Origin: Takakia lepidozioides
Taxonomy: Eukaryota > Plantae > Bryophyta
Length of the DNA stretch: 64,000 nt
Assembly (NCBI GenBank): GCA_030704615.1
Contig: CM060733.1
Location: forward strand, 54,870,001 to 54,934,000
Direction: 5' to 3'
The notes beneath the pieces were generated by a model, which worked only from the letters and a program-made list of their open reading frames with translations, was not told where the DNA came from and did not search any database. The position numbers were made by a program, and so were the translations under genes. Shown piece by piece: positions 62,601 to 64,000 of the stretch. How positions within the stretch are numbered: the stretch's first letter is position 1; each line of letters opens with the position of its first letter.

Positions 62601-64000
62601 TTGCTGCGGGACATTTCTAGCAATCCATACCACCAAACAACGTTGCGTCAACGCAAGTCTGTTTGATGGTACAGAATAGCTCTAAATAGCATTTCAAAAC
62701 AGACTCCAAACAGACTTTATGTTCATCTTGGCAGCATTGAAACTGGAAATGACAGCAAATTATAGCCCAAAAACCCAGGTAAACCTACATAGCCTGGCCC
62801 TTCATCAACCTTGCGTTAACGCAAGGCTGATTTTCCTGTCAGTTTTTCACCTTTCACATGGAGAAAAATGGCATTATGGGAGACCCCACCTATAGGAAAT
62901 TGAAACCAAAACAACGGGATACAAGCTTGCGTTAACGCAATGTTGCTCGATTGCACATCCAGAGCCCTCAAAGCTCCCTCATAACCTGCAAATTTGAGCT
63001 GCTATATAGAAAGTACAACACAAGAATGCAGAAACATGCCCTTCAAGTACCAAATTTGTTTCAAGGAGGTCACACCTGTACAACACTCGTTTCATTGCTT
63101 GCTCGTTGTTGTACTGGTTTTTGAATTCGTACGACCTGGAGATTTCTTTGTCTTTCTCAAACTCCCTGACGAAGCAGTTGTTCCAGACAGCGAGCTTCCA
63201 TCTCCTGATGTAGGCCTCCAGTGTGATCCGGGGGCAAGCCATCTGGATTTTGTAGTCTGCCATGGACTCCCCAAGTGGAGCGACTGCACGTTTTTCTAAC
63301 TGCAACAAGAAAGCTCATAAGAATTCGCGAGACATTACGGAGCAACACTACTTTCTGAAAATGGTTTTGTGGAAACCATACCTGGCTCCAGAATGTGGCT
63401 TGTGTAGCCACTGGTCGAATGTGTGGTCGCTAACAACTTTTATTGCTTGTGTCTTCGAGTCCCTCTCAGGAGTTGGGAACATGTTGGTGTCTCTCACAAG
63501 TGGATCCGAATTCCAGATCTCCAACCACCTGATTTTGGTTGCATTGTCCACCATTGAAATGGAAAGACGATGTAGTTTCTCTTGAGTCATTTCTGGCTTA
63601 GAGCCATACTTGTCATAATGTGCTTTCACCTGCTCCAGAAATTCCGTGCCAAGACTTGGATCTGCTATCCGGATTTGTTTGTCGAATGCACTCATGAGGT
63701 TCTTCCTTTGATTGTTCATCTCGAATTTCATCATGTCCTCAAGCCCAGTTGCAGACCTTTGCTCTTCTGTGTGGGAATCATAGTACTCAGCTTTCGCCTT
63801 CAAACCAGTTTCTGCTATTTCTTGCTTGCATTCATAACAGGTAAAAGAATCAAACACTGGCGTTTCTTGACAAAATCTGCAGTAACAACAAGCAAACAGG
63901 TGTCAAGAAGCTTACAGTGTACATGTAGTCAAGAAAAGCCTCTCTTGTCAAGCTGTACCATGTGCTTGTCTTCTTCTCAGCACACCTCTTCATCTGCTGA
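59653..64000 (-). mobile_element. Family B copy 2 in opposite orientation, inserted in the gypsy integrase; runs off the window
   Basis: Starts CAGGGGGATGCTTGCACGTGAGCCTG, matching the reverse complement of the copy-1 right end, exactly where integrase homology stops (ALIDHR). Exons are colinear with copy 1. Confidence 0.85.
60430..64000 (-). CDS. Multi-exon gene with C-terminal beta-class N6-A/N4-C DNA methyltransferase (family B copy 2); 5' part outside the window; intactness uncertain
   Basis: TDLVVLDIPNG (motif IV-like, 61407-61418) ...KFLSDSGALLL... WRGAREKSPAFMQTLVETCSRHGGRVVDLSMGTG|ASIHACKSAGRHFFGMEAD (motifs X-I-II). Upstream exons (EKLHRLSISMVD, WLEIWNSD, LEAYIRRW) match 53440-54200. 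Confidence 0.78.

Noticed and set aside
51295-64000. Bacterial or phage contamination explaining the methyltransferases
   Set aside because: The amino-MTase genes have spliceosomal introns; the C5-MTase is embedded in gypsy pol with a clean TSD junction.

Overview
Eukaryotic nuclear DNA from a land plant. It has spliceosomal introns, a PLS-class PPR locus, an NB-ARC gene, a SAUR gene and a thylakoid cyclophilin; a non-seed, bryophyte-grade host is inferred but not proven. Bases 1-39 kb are gene-rich: NB-ARC fragment, GID8, CYP26-2, CCDC47-like, a decayed PLS-E PPR locus, a triplicated putative C/D snoRNA cluster, MAT1, SAUR, a GNAT and DUS1. Small mobile elements lie among them: a 364-bp TRIM with tRNA-like LTRs, a 5'-truncated LINE with a 16-bp TSD, a tRNA-SINE and MULE debris. 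Bases 40-64 kb are a nest of transposons: LINE, then MULE, then Ty3/gypsy, with two further DNA elements inside the gypsy. Two systems stand out. (1) The Ty3/gypsy element encodes a C5-cytosine DNA methyltransferase between protease and RT. (2) Two diverged copies of a DNA element are inserted in it; the complete copy has a 9-bp TSD and imperfect TIRs, and carries an intron-containing ParB-like + beta-class N6-adenine/N4-cytosine methyltransferase gene and a divergent SWIM zinc-finger gene. All complete TE copies are decayed, largely by C>T/G>A changes. All calls rest on manual motif reading; no database searches were run.
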